A DNA stretch of 64,000 nt from an uncultured Clostridia bacterium (GCA_944393465.1 CALYAG010000007.1:12844-76843); one strand, 5' to 3'. Positions 1 through 9,490 are shown, counted from the first letter of the stretch. Notes: generated by a model from the letters alone, not told the origin. Translations and numbers: made by a program.

Positions 1-2206
1 TATTCCATAATTCCTCTGTAATGTGTGGAGCTACTGGGTTTAATAGCTTTAAGAAACCTTCTGCATATTCTTTAGGGAAAATGCTTTCTTTCATACAATT
101 ATTTACAAATATCATCATTTGAGCTATAGCTGTGTTAAAGTCCATATTTTCATAATCTTTAGTAACTTTCATAACAGTATAATTGTATGTTTTGTCAAGT
201 TTTTGATTAGCTTTATCCACAAGTTTACCACTTTCTGTGTATAGTCTCCAAACTCTATCTAGGAACTTTTTAGAGCCATCTATTCCATTTGGATCCCATG
301 GTTTAGCAGCGTCTATTGGTCCCATAAACATTTCATATACTCTTAAAGCGTCTGCTCCATATTCTTTAACCATATCGTCTGGGTTTATAACATTGCCCTT
401 AGACTTACTCATTTTTTCACCATTTGTACCAAGAATCATACCTTGATGACGTAGTTTTGCAAATGGCTCTTTAACTGGTGAAAATCCTTTGTTGTACAAA
501 AAGTTATTCCAAAATCTTGAATATAGCAAATGTCCAACAGCGTGTTCTGGTCCACCCATATAAAGGTCAACTGGCATCCAATGTTTTAGTAATTCTGGGT
601 TTGCCAATTCTTTATCATTGTGTGGGTCAATATATCTTAAGAAATACCAACTTGAACCTGCTGAACCCGGCATAGTGCTTGTTTCTCTTCTTGCTTTTTT
701 GCCTTCAAATGTAGTATTTACCCAATCTGTAGCTTTATCAAGTGGTGAAGCTCCATCTTTTGATGGCTTGTAATCTTCAAGTTCTGGTAAAACAAGTGGT
801 AAATCTTCGTCTGCTAGAACATGTATTTGATTATCCTCTGTAAATACGATTGGAATTGGTTCACCCCAATAACGTTGTCTAGCAAATATCCATTCACGCA
901 ATTTGTAATTTACTTGTTTGTGACCTATTTTCTTTTCTTCTAGCCAATTTGTAATTTTTTCTATTGCCTCTTCTTTGTTTAGTCCATTTAAGAAGTCTGA
1001 ATTTATATGTTTTCCATCACCTACAAATGCTTCTTTGGAAATATCTCCGCCTTCTAGTACTGGAATAATTTTTAGTCCAAACTTAGTTGCAAAATCATAG
1101 TCTCTTTGGTCATGGGCAGGAACTGCCATAATGGCACCTGTTCCATATGTCATAAGAACATAGTCAGAAATCCAAATAGGTATTTTTGTGTTATTTACAG
1201 GGTTAATTGCATAAGCTCCTGTAAATGCACCTGTTTTTTCTTTGTTAAGCTCAGTTCTTTCTAGGTCTGACTTAGAGGCTGCCTTTTTGATATAATCTTC
1301 TACTTCTTCTTTGTGCTCAGCTGTTGTTATTTTTTTAACTAATGGATGCTCAGGTGAAAGCACACAATATGTTGCACCAAATAATGTGTCTGGTCTTGTT
1401 GTAAATACTGTAAATGTTAATGGTTCATTATTTTCATTTTTACCTGACATAACATTTACATTGCTTGATTGAGCATCAGAATTTGTGTTATCTTCAAGTT
1501 TTGCAACTGTAAAAGTAACTTCTGCACCTACTGACTTACCTATCCAATTTCTTTGCATTTCCTTTGTTGACTCAGGCCAATCTAATTCGTCCAAACCTTT
1601 AAGTAAAATTTCGGCATATTTAGGAATGTCCATAACCCATTGTTTCATATTTTTTCTAACAACAGGATATCCTCCTCTTTCACTTTTGCCATCTATAACT
1701 TCATCATTAGAAAGTACAGTACCTAATTCTTCGCACCAGTTAACAGGCATATCAATAAGTTTAACTAAACCGTCTAAGTAAAGTTGTTTAAATATCCATT
1801 GTGTCCATTTATAAAAGCTTGGGTCACAAGTAGAAATTTCTTTGCTCCAATCAAAAGAAAAGCCAAGCATTTTAAGCTGTCTTTTAAATGTTGCTATATT
1901 TTTTTGAGTAAATACTTCCGGATGATTGCCTGTTTTAATAGCATATTGTTCAGCTGGAAGACCAAAAGCATCCCATCCCATTGGATGAAGCACATTGTAG
2001 CCTTGCATTCTTCTCATTCTGCTAATAATATCTGTTGCTGTGTAGCCCTCTGGATGACCAACATGAAGACCTTGTCCTGATGGATAAGGGAACATGTCTA
2101 ACGCATAGTATTTTGGCTTTGAAAAGTCCCATACGTCAGTTTTAAATGTTTCATGCTCGTCCCAATATTTTTGCCATTTAGGTTCTATCTCTCTAAAGTT
2201 ATACAT
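1..2206 (-). CDS. leuS: Leucyl-tRNA synthetase, N-terminal ~735 codons; the 3' end runs off the window
   Basis: Absent from the ORF track because it is open at the window edge. Reverse translation from the ATG at 2206-2204 gives [24 protein letters not shown]...[16 protein letters not shown] (HIGH-type motif), and KMSKSKG is encoded near 395-415. Confidence 0.9.
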   Translation of the reverse strand, partial: MYNFREIEPKWQKYWDEHETFKTDVWDFSKPKYYALDMFPYPSGQGLHVGHPEGYTATDIISRMRRMQGYNVLHPMGWDAFGLPAEQYAIKTGNHPEVFTQKNIATFKRQLKMLGFSFDWSKEISTCDPSFYKWTQWIFKQLYLDGLVKLIDMPVNWCEELGTVLSNDEVIDGKSERGGYPVVRKNMKQWVMDIPKYAEILLKGLDELDWPESTKEMQRNWIGKSVGAEVTFTVAKLEDNTNSDAQSSNVNVMSGKNENNEPLTFTVFTTRPDTLFGATYCVLSPEHPLVKKITTAEHKEEVEDYIKKAASKSDLERTELNKEKTGAFTGAYAINPVNNTKIPIWISDYVLMTYGTGAIMAVPAHDQRDYDFATKFGLKIIPVLEGGDISKEAFVGDGKHINSDFLNGLNKEEAIEKITNWLEEKKIGHKQVNYKLREWIFARQRYWGEPIPIVFTEDNQIHVLADEDLPLVLPELEDYKPSKDGASPLDKATDWVNTTFEGKKARRETSTMPGSAGSSWYFLRYIDPHNDKELANPELLKHWMPVDLYMGGPEHAVGHLLYSRFWNNFLYNKGFSPVKEPFAKLRHQGMILGTNGEKMSKSKGNVINPDDMVKEYGADALRVYEMFMGPIDAAKPWDPNGIDGSKKFLDRVWRLYTESGKLVDKANQKLDKTYNYTVMKVTKDYENMDFNTAIAQMMIFVNNCMKESIFPKEYAEGFLKLLNPVAPHITEELWN

Positions 2207-2474
2207 ATGAATCAGTCCTTTCCTTAATTTGAATTTGCACTGAGCTATTTTTATTTTTGCTATGCAAATTTACATATTTTCTTTTATTGCTTATTTCCGT
2301 AATGTTTTATGGGAATATTATACTACATAAATATAAAAAAATCTATACTTTTTTTGAGGTAAAGTAGAGATTTTGATAATTAAATTTCGTTTTTTCAAAT
2401 TTAATCTTTATTTTTCTTAAATTATATGATAGAATAATGTCGAAATTTGTCATATACATAGGAGGAAATGAAAA

Positions 2475-2744
2475 ATGAAATTTAATAAATGTGTACGTTG
2501 TGGATGTTTTTTTGCTTCAAGTGATGATGTTTGCCCAAGTTGCAAATCAAAAGATGAAGTTGATAAACTTACTTTAAAAAATTACTTAGATAATACAGAT
2601 GCTCCTTTATCACTTGATAGTTTGTCTTTTAATTCAGGTGTTGAGCTAAAAAACATTAACAGATATATGGAAAGTAAAGAATTCGCTGGCTATAAAAAAA
2701 TGATTGGCGGAGATGGCTTTGATAATGTAAAAATTAGTTTATAA
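2475..2744 (+). CDS. Small zinc-ribbon protein (CxxC...CxxC), hypothetical; from memory resembles YvyF/TIGR03826-type proteins
   Basis: 89-aa ORF with GGAGG 8 nt upstream of the ATG. N-terminus reads KCVRCGCFF...CPSCKSKDE (two CxxC pairs). Confidence 0.6.
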   Translation: MKFNKCVRCGCFFASSDDVCPSCKSKDEVDKLTLKNYLDNTDAPLSLDSLSFNSGVELKNINRYMESKEFAGYKKMIGGDGFDNVKISL

Positions 2745-2777
2745 AAGCGAAATAATTATACTTCATCATCTAATTAA

Positions 2778-2826
2778 AAGAGCCAATATATGTTCTTTAA
2801 ACATGTTGAATATATATTGGCTCTTT
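2778..2826. repeat. Minimal copy of the CCAATATA-terminus inverted-repeat family; works as a bidirectional terminator hairpin between the 89-aa ORF and copA
   Basis: AAAGAGCCAATATATGTTC ... GAATATATATTGGCTCTTT, with T-runs on both flanks. The arms match the termini of the elements at 54126-54279 and 60829-60959. Confidence 0.7.
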
Positions 2827-2856
2827 ATTTTATACTTTTGAATTAAAGATCTATAA

Positions 2857-5145
2857 TTATTTTATTTTCCTAATTATTCTCTTTAATCTTAAGCTATTTA
2901 GTGTTACTGTAACACTACTTATTGTCATTGCAATAGATGCCATCATTGGGTTAATTGTAATTCCAAATGGAGATAGCACTCCAATTGCAATTGGTAACAT
3001 ACATAAGTTATAGAAGAAAGCCCAGAATAAGTTTTGTTTTATATTTCTTATTGTTCTATGACTTATTTCAATTAAGTCTACAATTTTTTCTAGATTATTA
3101 TTCATCAAAACTACATTACTGCTGTCCATGGCAACATCTGTTCCGCTTCCTACCGAAACTCCTATATCTGCTTTAACTAAACTTACGCTGTCATTTATAC
3201 CATCGCCACACATCATAACAAGTTCATTATTTTTCTTTAAGTCTTCGATTGTTTTGGCTTTATCTTTTGGCATTACTCCTGCTATTACATTGTCTATGCC
3301 TATAGAATTTGCAATAGCTTTTGCAGTTTTTTCATTGTCACCTGTAAGCATTACAACATTTATTCCTAACGCTTTTAATTTAGAAACTACATCTTTGGCA
3401 TTTTCTTTTACATTATCTTTAACTCCCAAAAGAGCTATTAGTTTATTTTCTTTTGCTACAAATAAAATGCTATTTCCTGCCTTTTGTAGTTCTTCTTCGT
3501 CTTTCATTGCTTGACCTATAACTTCTACTTCATTTTGCTCCATTAACTTTTTGTTACCTATAATGTATTTTTCACCATTATATAAAGCTGTAACACCAAG
3601 TCCTGCCAAGTTTTGAAATTCTTTTACTTTTTCCAATCCTATTTTTCTTTCCTTGGCCTCTTCTACAACACCTCTTGCAATTGGGTGTTCAGATTTTGCT
3701 TCTATACTAGCCACTATTTTGATTATATCATCATCACTTAGTTGTTTGCCTTTTTCATTAGAATTTGTCTCTGCATTTTCCTTTAAATCTTGGCTATTTG
3801 AATAATTTCCTGTGTAATTATATATTTTTGACAAACTTAGTTTTCCTTTTGTAAGTGTACCTGTTTTATCAAATACTGCTGTTTTTACTTTATGAGCATT
3901 TTCTAATGCTTCACTATTTTTTATAAGTATCCCTTTTTTACTAGATTCTCCTGAAGCAATTACTATAGAAAGTGGTGTTGCCAAACCCAAGCTACATGGG
4001 CAAGCTACAACTAAAACAGATATAAATACATTTATTGCCCAAGATACATCTCTATTTATAGCAAACCACACTAAGCCTGAAAGTACTGCAATAATCATAA
4101 TAGTTGGTACGAATATTCCACTTATTTTATCTGCAATTTTGGAAATTGGTGCTTTAGTAGAAGTAGCTTCTACAACTAATTTTACTATTTCAGATACTGT
4201 AGAATTTTTACCTATTTTTTCTGCTTTGTATTCAATAGTACCTTCATAATTAATACTTCCTGCAATTACTTTTTTGCCTTTTTCTTTTTTAACTGGCATA
4301 CTTTCGCCTGTAATAAAAGATTCATCTATATGTGTTATGCCATCTACAATCTCGCCATCAACTGCAATTTTTTCACCAGGCTTGCAAACTACAATATCTC
4401 CTACATTTATTTCATCAATTGTAACTTGAACCTGCTCGCCATTTCTAAGAACTGTAGCATGTTTTGGTGTAATCATCATAAGCTGACTAATTGCTTCCTT
4501 TGTTTTGTCCTTATTTCTATTTTCAACATATTTTCCTATTTTTATGAAGCAGATTATTATAACAGCTGACTCATAATACAAATTATTTACATATTCTGTA
4601 TTGCCTTTTAATATCATAAAAGTTCCATACAAACTATAAATAATACTACTTAATACACCAAGTCCTACTAATGTATCCATATTAGGTGATTTGTGTACTA
4701 AATTTTTGTATCCATTTTTTAAAATGTCCCATCCAAATATGCAAGCTGTTATAGCCAAAATTAATAATGCAATGGCATAGTTTATTGGGTTTTCATGCAT
4801 ATTCAAATAAGGAATAGCAGGAAGTCCTATCATATGTCCCATAGAAATATATAAGGTAATAACTGCAAGCACACCTAGAGCTATTAATTTGTACTTTTGA
4901 TTGTTTTGCTTTTTTTCTTCTTTTTGAAAATTGTCTATGCCTAAACTTTCAAAACCTGCTTTTTCTACAAATTTTTCTATTTGCTCTAAGGTGAGTTTTT
5001 GTTCATCATATTGTATATTTGCATTATTCATTACAAGGTTGACTGCTGCACTTTCTATTCCATCTTGCTTATTTAGATATTTTTCTAGTCCACTAGAACA
5101 AGCACTACAGGTCATACCACCTATTTTTAATAAAACTTTTTTCAT
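2857..5145 (-). CDS. copA: Copper-translocating P1B-type ATPase
   Basis: N-terminal HMA domain GMTCSAC, transmembrane CPC motif (ACPCSLGLATP), DKTGTLT phosphorylation site and GDGINDS hinge. Confidence 0.93.
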   Translation of the reverse strand: MKKVLLKIGGMTCSACSSGLEKYLNKQDGIESAAVNLVMNNANIQYDEQKLTLEQIEKFVEKAGFESLGIDNFQKEEKKQNNQKYKLIALGVLAVITLYISMGHMIGLPAIPYLNMHENPINYAIALLILAITACIFGWDILKNGYKNLVHKSPNMDTLVGLGVLSSIIYSLYGTFMILKGNTEYVNNLYYESAVIIICFIKIGKYVENRNKDKTKEAISQLMMITPKHATVLRNGEQVQVTIDEINVGDIVVCKPGEKIAVDGEIVDGITHIDESFITGESMPVKKEKGKKVIAGSINYEGTIEYKAEKIGKNSTVSEIVKLVVEATSTKAPISKIADKISGIFVPTIMIIAVLSGLVWFAINRDVSWAINVFISVLVVACPCSLGLATPLSIVIASGESSKKGILIKNSEALENAHKVKTAVFDKTGTLTKGKLSLSKIYNYTGNYSNSQDLKENAETNSNEKGKQLSDDDIIKIVASIEAKSEHPIARGVVEEAKERKIGLEKVKEFQNLAGLGVTALYNGEKYIIGNKKLMEQNEVEVIGQAMKDEEELQKAGNSILFVAKENKLIALLGVKDNVKENAKDVVSKLKALGINVVMLTGDNEKTAKAIANSIGIDNVIAGVMPKDKAKTIEDLKKNNELVMMCGDGINDSVSLVKADIGVSVGSGTDVAMDSSNVVLMNNNLEKIVDLIEISHRTIRNIKQNLFWAFFYNLCMLPIAIGVLSPFGITINPMMASIAMTISSVTVTLNSLRLKRIIRKIK

Positions 5146-5262
5146 AATGATTTTTACTCCATCTATAATTTTAGTGTTTCAAAATCAAAGGAACTTTACC
5201 TATTCCTTATACTTTGTACTTTATTATAAATGGAGCACTCCTTTCAGTTTAATTTCAGTATA

Positions 5263-5472
5263 CTATTCTTTTACTTCAAAGTTTGCATCTTCAATAGCCT
5301 GCTTTATGTCATCTAAATCTATTTTGTCTTCATCATATTCTACTTCTGCATTTTTATTTTCTAAGCTAACTTTGGCATTATTTACGCCATCTAATCCATT
5401 TAAAACTTTTGTTAATCTGTTAACACATCCTTCACAATGCATTCCTTCAATTCCTAAAACTATATTTTTCAT
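5263..5472 (-). CDS. copZ: Copper chaperone, HMA domain
   Basis: 69 aa with GMHCEGC (MxCxxC) at the N-terminus. Lies between csoR and copA. Confidence 0.85.
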   Translation of the reverse strand: MKNIVLGIEGMHCEGCVNRLTKVLNGLDGVNNAKVSLENKNAEVEYDEDKIDLDDIKQAIEDANFEVKE

Positions 5473-5646
5473 AATAACTTCCTTTCTGAGATTTTTTATG
5501 CAAAATCTCTTTAAAATATATAATTAATTAAAAGATATACTCTTTTAAAACTTAAAATCTAAATAAATATTCAAATTCTGTTTTATGTAAATTTTGCCTT
5601 TAAACTAAGCTTTTACACAATTCTTTGAACAATCTTCTAACTTGAC

Positions 5647-5946
5647 TTATCTAAATTTCTTAAAAAGTCCCATTATTTCGTCTGTTACTTCTAGTTTGCC
5701 TTCTTGTATTTGCCTTTTTATACATTTTTCCAAATGTGATTCTAATATATAATTTTCAAGGCTTTCTATTGATTTATTGGCAGCCAAAAGTTGAGTTAAA
5801 ACATCATCACAATATCTGTCATCATCTATCATTTGCTTTATGCCTTTTATTTGCCCTTCTATTATATTCAGCCTCTTTTTTATATATTGCTTTTCTTCTT
5901 CAGTCCTATGAGTTGATTTCATTTCAGCCAATATGCTCACCTCCAT
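5647..5946 (-). CDS. csoR: CsoR-family copper-sensing transcriptional repressor
   Basis: 99 aa with RLNIIEGQIKGIKQMI...RYCDDVLTQL...ESHLEKC, the DUF156/CsoR signature including the Cys-His-Cys ligand pattern. First gene of the cop operon. Confidence 0.85.
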   Translation of the reverse strand: MEVSILAEMKSTHRTEEEKQYIKKRLNIIEGQIKGIKQMIDDDRYCDDVLTQLLAANKSIESLENYILESHLEKCIKRQIQEGKLEVTDEIMGLFKKFR

Positions 5947-6029
5947 AATTTTTATACAAATAATTCGTTTTTACTTTTATTGAAAATAATTCATAATAAA
6001 TTATATTTTTTTATCTTAATTTCTAGATT

Positions 6030-6058
6030 ATTATATACCCATACGGGGTATATGTCAA
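6030..6058 (-). promoter_or_regulatory. Consensus sigma-A promoter with a CsoR operator in the spacer
   Basis: The minus strand reads TTGACA-tataccccgtatgggta-TATAAT, with a 17-nt spacer. The spacer is the dyad TATACCC-N4-GGGGTATA, as in known CsoR boxes. It lies ~85 nt upstream of the csoR start. Confidence 0.8.
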
Positions 6059-6158
6059 TATGTTATAAAAAATTTTAAAAATTTTTCAAAAATATATACA
6101 TAATTTTATTTTTTTGGTATATACTATTAGTGAAATATCGTTATGGTTTTATTTGCAA

Positions 6159-6204
6159 AAGGTTTATAGGCAACCTTATAAAAGCCTAAATATTATACAA
6201 GGAG
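6159..6204 (+). promoter_or_regulatory. Conserved ~46-nt block (copy 1) with dyad TTTATAGG-N3-CCTTATAAA, overlapping a TTGCAA-17-TTATAA promoter-like pair
   Basis: About 42 of 48 aligned columns are identical to 10237-10283 upstream of htrA. The -35-like TTGCAA is at 6153-6158 and the -10-like TTATAA at 6176-6181. Confidence 0.5.
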
Positions 6205-6235
6205 ATTTGCATTTTTATAATGCAAGAAAAAGTTT

Positions 6236-6499
6236 ATGGAAATATTTAATGATGATAGTAAAGAATTTATTAATGCTTTTGTAGAAGAAAAAATTTCTGT
6301 TTTAAGGGAAAACTCAGATTTTAATCAAAAAAGCATAAGGCTCAGTGATGCAATGGATGAACTAGAAAAAACTTTATCTGAAAGTCAAAAAGATTTATTT
6401 GACGAGATTGTTAAATTGTTTTATCAAACAGAAGAATATTATTTTGCATTAAGTTATTCTCTTGGAGTAAAGTATGGGAATAATTTGCATAAGCTGTAA
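6236..6499 (+). CDS. Hypothetical 87-aa acidic protein
   Basis: Intact ORF with protein-like composition and only a weak RBS (AAGAAAAAG). An in-frame stop lies at 6218-6220. No family recognised. Confidence 0.45.
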   Translation: MEIFNDDSKEFINAFVEEKISVLRENSDFNQKSIRLSDAMDELEKTLSESQKDLFDEIVKLFYQTEEYYFALSYSLGVKYGNNLHKL

Positions 6500-6553
6500 T
6501 AATTATTTGGAAAATATACATTAGCTGTAATAATTGTTTGGAAAATATACATT
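6492..6553 (+). repeat. Tandem duplication of a 31-bp unit (2 copies, 1 mismatch)
   Basis: AGCTGTAATAATTATTTGGAAAATATACATT followed by AGCTGTAATAATTGTTTGGAAAATATACATT. The first unit includes the stop codon of the 87-aa ORF. Confidence 0.9.
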
Positions 6554-6568
6554 TTAATTTACATGCAT

Positions 6569-6625
6569 AATCAACCCAGCGCAAGTAAAAGCCATAAGCT
6601 TTTGTTTGTGCTAGGTTGATTTTCT
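6569..6625 (+). terminator. Hairpin terminator between the convergent 87-aa ORF and the XRE gene
   Basis: AATCAACCCAGCGCAA pairs with TTGTGCTAGGTTGATT (16 bp, with one mismatch and one G-U), followed by TTT on the plus strand. Confidence 0.5.
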
Positions 6626-6717
6626 GCTACTTTCTATATAATAAAAAAACTTGATTTGTATACAGAAAATTTATGAATTTTAAGATAACAAACTTTTTGA
6701 TAAAAATATCTTTTCTA

Positions 6718-7110
6718 CTATTTAGATAAAAAGTATTCCATTAAATGAAGTATTGTGTCTTTGTCTTTTTTACTCAACTTCTTAAATTTTTCGTCATATA
6801 TTTGAACTTTACTTTTAGTATCTTCATCTAATATATCAAAAAGAATAACATCTGGAGTTATTTTATATGCATTACACAACTTTATTAATGTATCTATACT
6901 TCCTTTAGTTTGACCTCTTTCAAGTTGACTAATATGTCTTGGTTCTAATCCAGTAATATTTGATACATCATTTTGCGTTAAATTATTCATTAGTCTGTAA
7001 TTTTGAAAAGCTTTTCCTATATGCATATTGGCATAGCTTATATTTTTCTTCGTTTTTTCATCTTTTTTAGTTTTTCCTTTGTGCTTGTTTATACTGTTCT
7101 TGTTCATCAT
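6718..7110 (-). CDS. XRE-family helix-turn-helix transcriptional regulator
   Basis: LTQNDVSNITGLEPRHISQLERGQTKGSIDTLIKLCNAY is a typical HTH_3 pattern. Start moved to the MMNKN methionines downstream of a GGAAGGG RBS; the track start at 7185 lies in AT-rich upstream sequence. Confidence 0.8.
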   Translation of the reverse strand: MMNKNSINKHKGKTKKDEKTKKNISYANMHIGKAFQNYRLMNNLTQNDVSNITGLEPRHISQLERGQTKGSIDTLIKLCNAYKITPDVILFDILDEDTKSKVQIYDEKFKKLSKKDKDTILHLMEYFLSK

Positions 7111-7240
7111 ATTCCCTTCCTTTTTTATATAAATATAAACTTTAATGATTATTTTTAGAATGACTTTATTTTTGAATAATATCAAAAGAAATACGACTTA
7201 ATTTACTTACTATGCTTTAATAATTTTTCTATATTATAAA

Positions 7241-7275
7241 GAAAACACGACTAAGTTTTTAAGCTTAATCGTGTT
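7241..7275 (-). terminator. Intrinsic terminator downstream of pdp
   Basis: The minus strand reads AACACGATTAAG-loop-CTTAGTCGTGTT followed by TTTC TTT. Confidence 0.6.
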
Positions 7276-7367
7276 ACTTATAATTTTCACTTTAGTTTTT
7301 ATTTGAATAAAGGCAATCGTTTTTATTTATTTAAAAAACTTTATTTTTCTACTAGATTACAATTGAT

Positions 7368-8621
7368 TTACACAATTTCATAAATTTGCTGATTTATTAC
7401 TTCATTTGCTTTATCTTTTTCATTTGCGTGGACATATCCTAGAACTTCTCCTTTTTCCACTTTATCCCCAACTTTTTTGTGGAAAACAAATCCTACTTCT
7501 TTTTGTATATTATCTTCTTTTTTCATTCTACCAGCTCCAAGAAATACCGACAACTTGCCTATTTTATATGCATCTAGCTCTTCTACTACTCCAGATTTTT
7601 CTGCAATTATTGGAAGTATGTACTTTGCTTTTGCAAATTTATCTGTGTTTTCTATGTATGAAATATCTCCACCTTGATTTTGCACAAGCTCTATAAATTT
7701 TTCATAACCCTTTCCGTTTTTCAAATTTTCTAAAATTTTAGTCTTGCCCTCTTCTAGAGTATTTGCCTTGTCTGCTAAAATTAGCATATTTGCTCCAAGC
7801 TCAGTTATTATATGTTTTATATCCTCAGGCAAAATTTTACCTTTAAGCACATCTATTGCTTCAATAACTTCAAGAGTATTTCCTACTGCATATCCAACTG
7901 GCTGATTCATATCTGTAATAATACATTTGGTTTCTTTGTGGGCAAGCTCTCCTATTTTTGTCATTACCCTTGCAAGCTCTTTGGCGCTTTCAATATTTTT
8001 CATAAATGCACCGCTTCCACAAGTTACATCTATAACTATTTTATTAGCACCAGATGCAATTTTTTTGCTCATGATACTTGATGCTATTAGAGGAATACTT
8101 TCAGTGCAACTTATAGTATCTCTTAAAGCGTACAACTTTTTATCTGCGGGTGCTAAATTAAGAGTTTGACCAATTAAACTTATACCTATTTTCTTTACAT
8201 TTTGTATAAATTCATCCACTGGCACATTTGTATTATAACCTGGAATAGATTCAAGCTTATCTACTGTTCCACCAGTAAATCCAAGTCCTCTACCTGACAT
8301 TTTTGCTACAGGGATTCCTAGTGAAGCAACTATTGGCATTAAAATTAGTGTAATTTTATCTCCAACCCCACCTGTGCTATGTTTATCTACAACTTCTCCT
8401 AAGCTAGATAAATCAAGCACATCACCAGAATGTGCCATAAACAATGTTAGATCTGTTGTCTCTCTTTCATTCATACCATTAATATAAATTGCCATAACTA
8501 ATGCTGCCGCTTGATAATCTGTAATACTTCCATCAGTATAGCCTTTTACAAAATATTCTATTTCATCTTTTGTTAATTCTTTTTTATCTCTCTTTTTCGC
8601 AATAATATCTAAAATATTCAT
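7368..8621 (-). CDS. pdp: Pyrimidine-nucleoside (thymidine) phosphorylase
   Basis: 417 aa. The N-terminus DIIAKKRDKKELTKDEIEYFVKGYTDGSITDYQAAALVMAIYINGMN and the HSTGGVGDK motif are typical of the family. Confidence 0.9.
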   Translation of the reverse strand: MNILDIIAKKRDKKELTKDEIEYFVKGYTDGSITDYQAAALVMAIYINGMNERETTDLTLFMAHSGDVLDLSSLGEVVDKHSTGGVGDKITLILMPIVASLGIPVAKMSGRGLGFTGGTVDKLESIPGYNTNVPVDEFIQNVKKIGISLIGQTLNLAPADKKLYALRDTISCTESIPLIASSIMSKKIASGANKIVIDVTCGSGAFMKNIESAKELARVMTKIGELAHKETKCIITDMNQPVGYAVGNTLEVIEAIDVLKGKILPEDIKHIITELGANMLILADKANTLEEGKTKILENLKNGKGYEKFIELVQNQGGDISYIENTDKFAKAKYILPIIAEKSGVVEELDAYKIGKLSVFLGAGRMKKEDNIQKEVGFVFHKKVGDKVEKGEVLGYVHANEKDKANEVINQQIYEIV

Positions 8622-8635
8622 TTGAACTCCTTTAC

Positions 8636-8743
8636 TTTTTTCAGTTGGGGACGGTCCTAAAACGAAAATTTCTAGTTAAGGACGGAATAAAAATGAAAAA
8701 ATATAAATTTTCGTTTTAGGACCGTCCCCAACTGAAAAAAAAA
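8636..8743. repeat. REP/MITE-like palindromic element, copy 1 (two full arms plus a degenerate internal arm)
   Basis: TTTTTTCAGTTGGGGACGGTCCTAAAACGAAAATTT ... AAATTTTCGTTTTAGGACCGTCCCCAACTGAAAAAAAAA. It fills the whole gap between the rnhB stop (8744) and the pdp RBS (8627-8633). Confidence 0.9.
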
Positions 8744-9382
8744 TTACACAAAGTGTGTTATAAAACTTTTCCTATGAAGTGGACAAGGTCCATACTGCTT
8801 TATGGCAGCAATATGTTTTGCCGTGCCATATCCTTTATGTGCTGCAAAGCCATATTCAGGATAGATTTTGTCCCACTCTTCCATTATTCTATCCCTTGTA
8901 ACTTTGGCTAAAATTGATGCTGCTGAAATTGAATAACAAGTTGCATCACCTTTTATTATTGATTCATATGTTATGCCAAATGTATCTATTTCTCTTAAAG
9001 CATCAACTATTACTATGTCTGGCTTTGTTTTTAACATTTCAATCACTTGTCCTAAGGCATCATGCAAACCTTTTTTGGTTGCATTTAAAATATTTATTTC
9101 ATCAATAACATCTTGTGGCACTATTCCTATGCCATAAGCAAGGGCTGTATCTTTTATTTCATCATATAAAATGTCTCTTCTTTTTGCAGTTACTTTTTTT
9201 GAATCATTCATGAATTCAAGTTTTGAATCTCTTGGCATTACTACCGCACCTACCACTACTGGTCCTGCTAAAGGGCCACGTCCTGCTTCATCTATGCCAC
9301 AAATATATTTTAATCCTTCATTATATAAATTTTCTTCATACTTTTTTAGGTTTGTTAATCTTTCCTCTTCTTTTTCTTTCAT
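8744..9382 (-). CDS. rnhB: Ribonuclease HII
   Basis: 212 aa with GIDEAGRGPLAGPVVVGAVV (catalytic DEAGRG motif) and SIAAASILAK-like ISAASILAKVTRD. Confidence 0.9.
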   Translation of the reverse strand: MKEKEEERLTNLKKYEENLYNEGLKYICGIDEAGRGPLAGPVVVGAVVMPRDSKLEFMNDSKKVTAKRRDILYDEIKDTALAYGIGIVPQDVIDEINILNATKKGLHDALGQVIEMLKTKPDIVIVDALREIDTFGITYESIIKGDATCYSISAASILAKVTRDRIMEEWDKIYPEYGFAAHKGYGTAKHIAAIKQYGPCPLHRKSFITHFV

Positions 9383-9425
9383 TTAGTTTATATTCCTTTA
9401 ATATTTAATTCCTTTTGGTTAATTT

Positions 9426-9490
9426 ACAATATACATTCTAGAACCTTTCAGTTAATGAAGTTTCCAAGGTCTTATGGAATATATATTGTA
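9426..9490. repeat. Short diverged copy of the CCAATATA-terminus inverted-repeat family
   Basis: ACAATATACATTC ... GAATATATATTGT, just 3' of the 151-aa ORF stop (9526). Confidence 0.5.

Noticed and set aside
2207-2474. Expected a T-box leader upstream of leuS
   Set aside because: The region is uniformly AT-rich. I could find no T-box consensus (AATTAGGGTGGTACCGCG-like) and no specifier or antiterminator architecture. It is also shared with the divergent 89-aa ORF promoter.
6219-6248. 9-codon upstream ORF (MQEKVYGNI) as a leader peptide for the 87-aa ORF
   Set aside because: The AAGGAG lies 15 nt from its ATG, which is too far. There is no associated terminator/antiterminator pair. It overlaps the main ORF start by chance in an AT-rich context.
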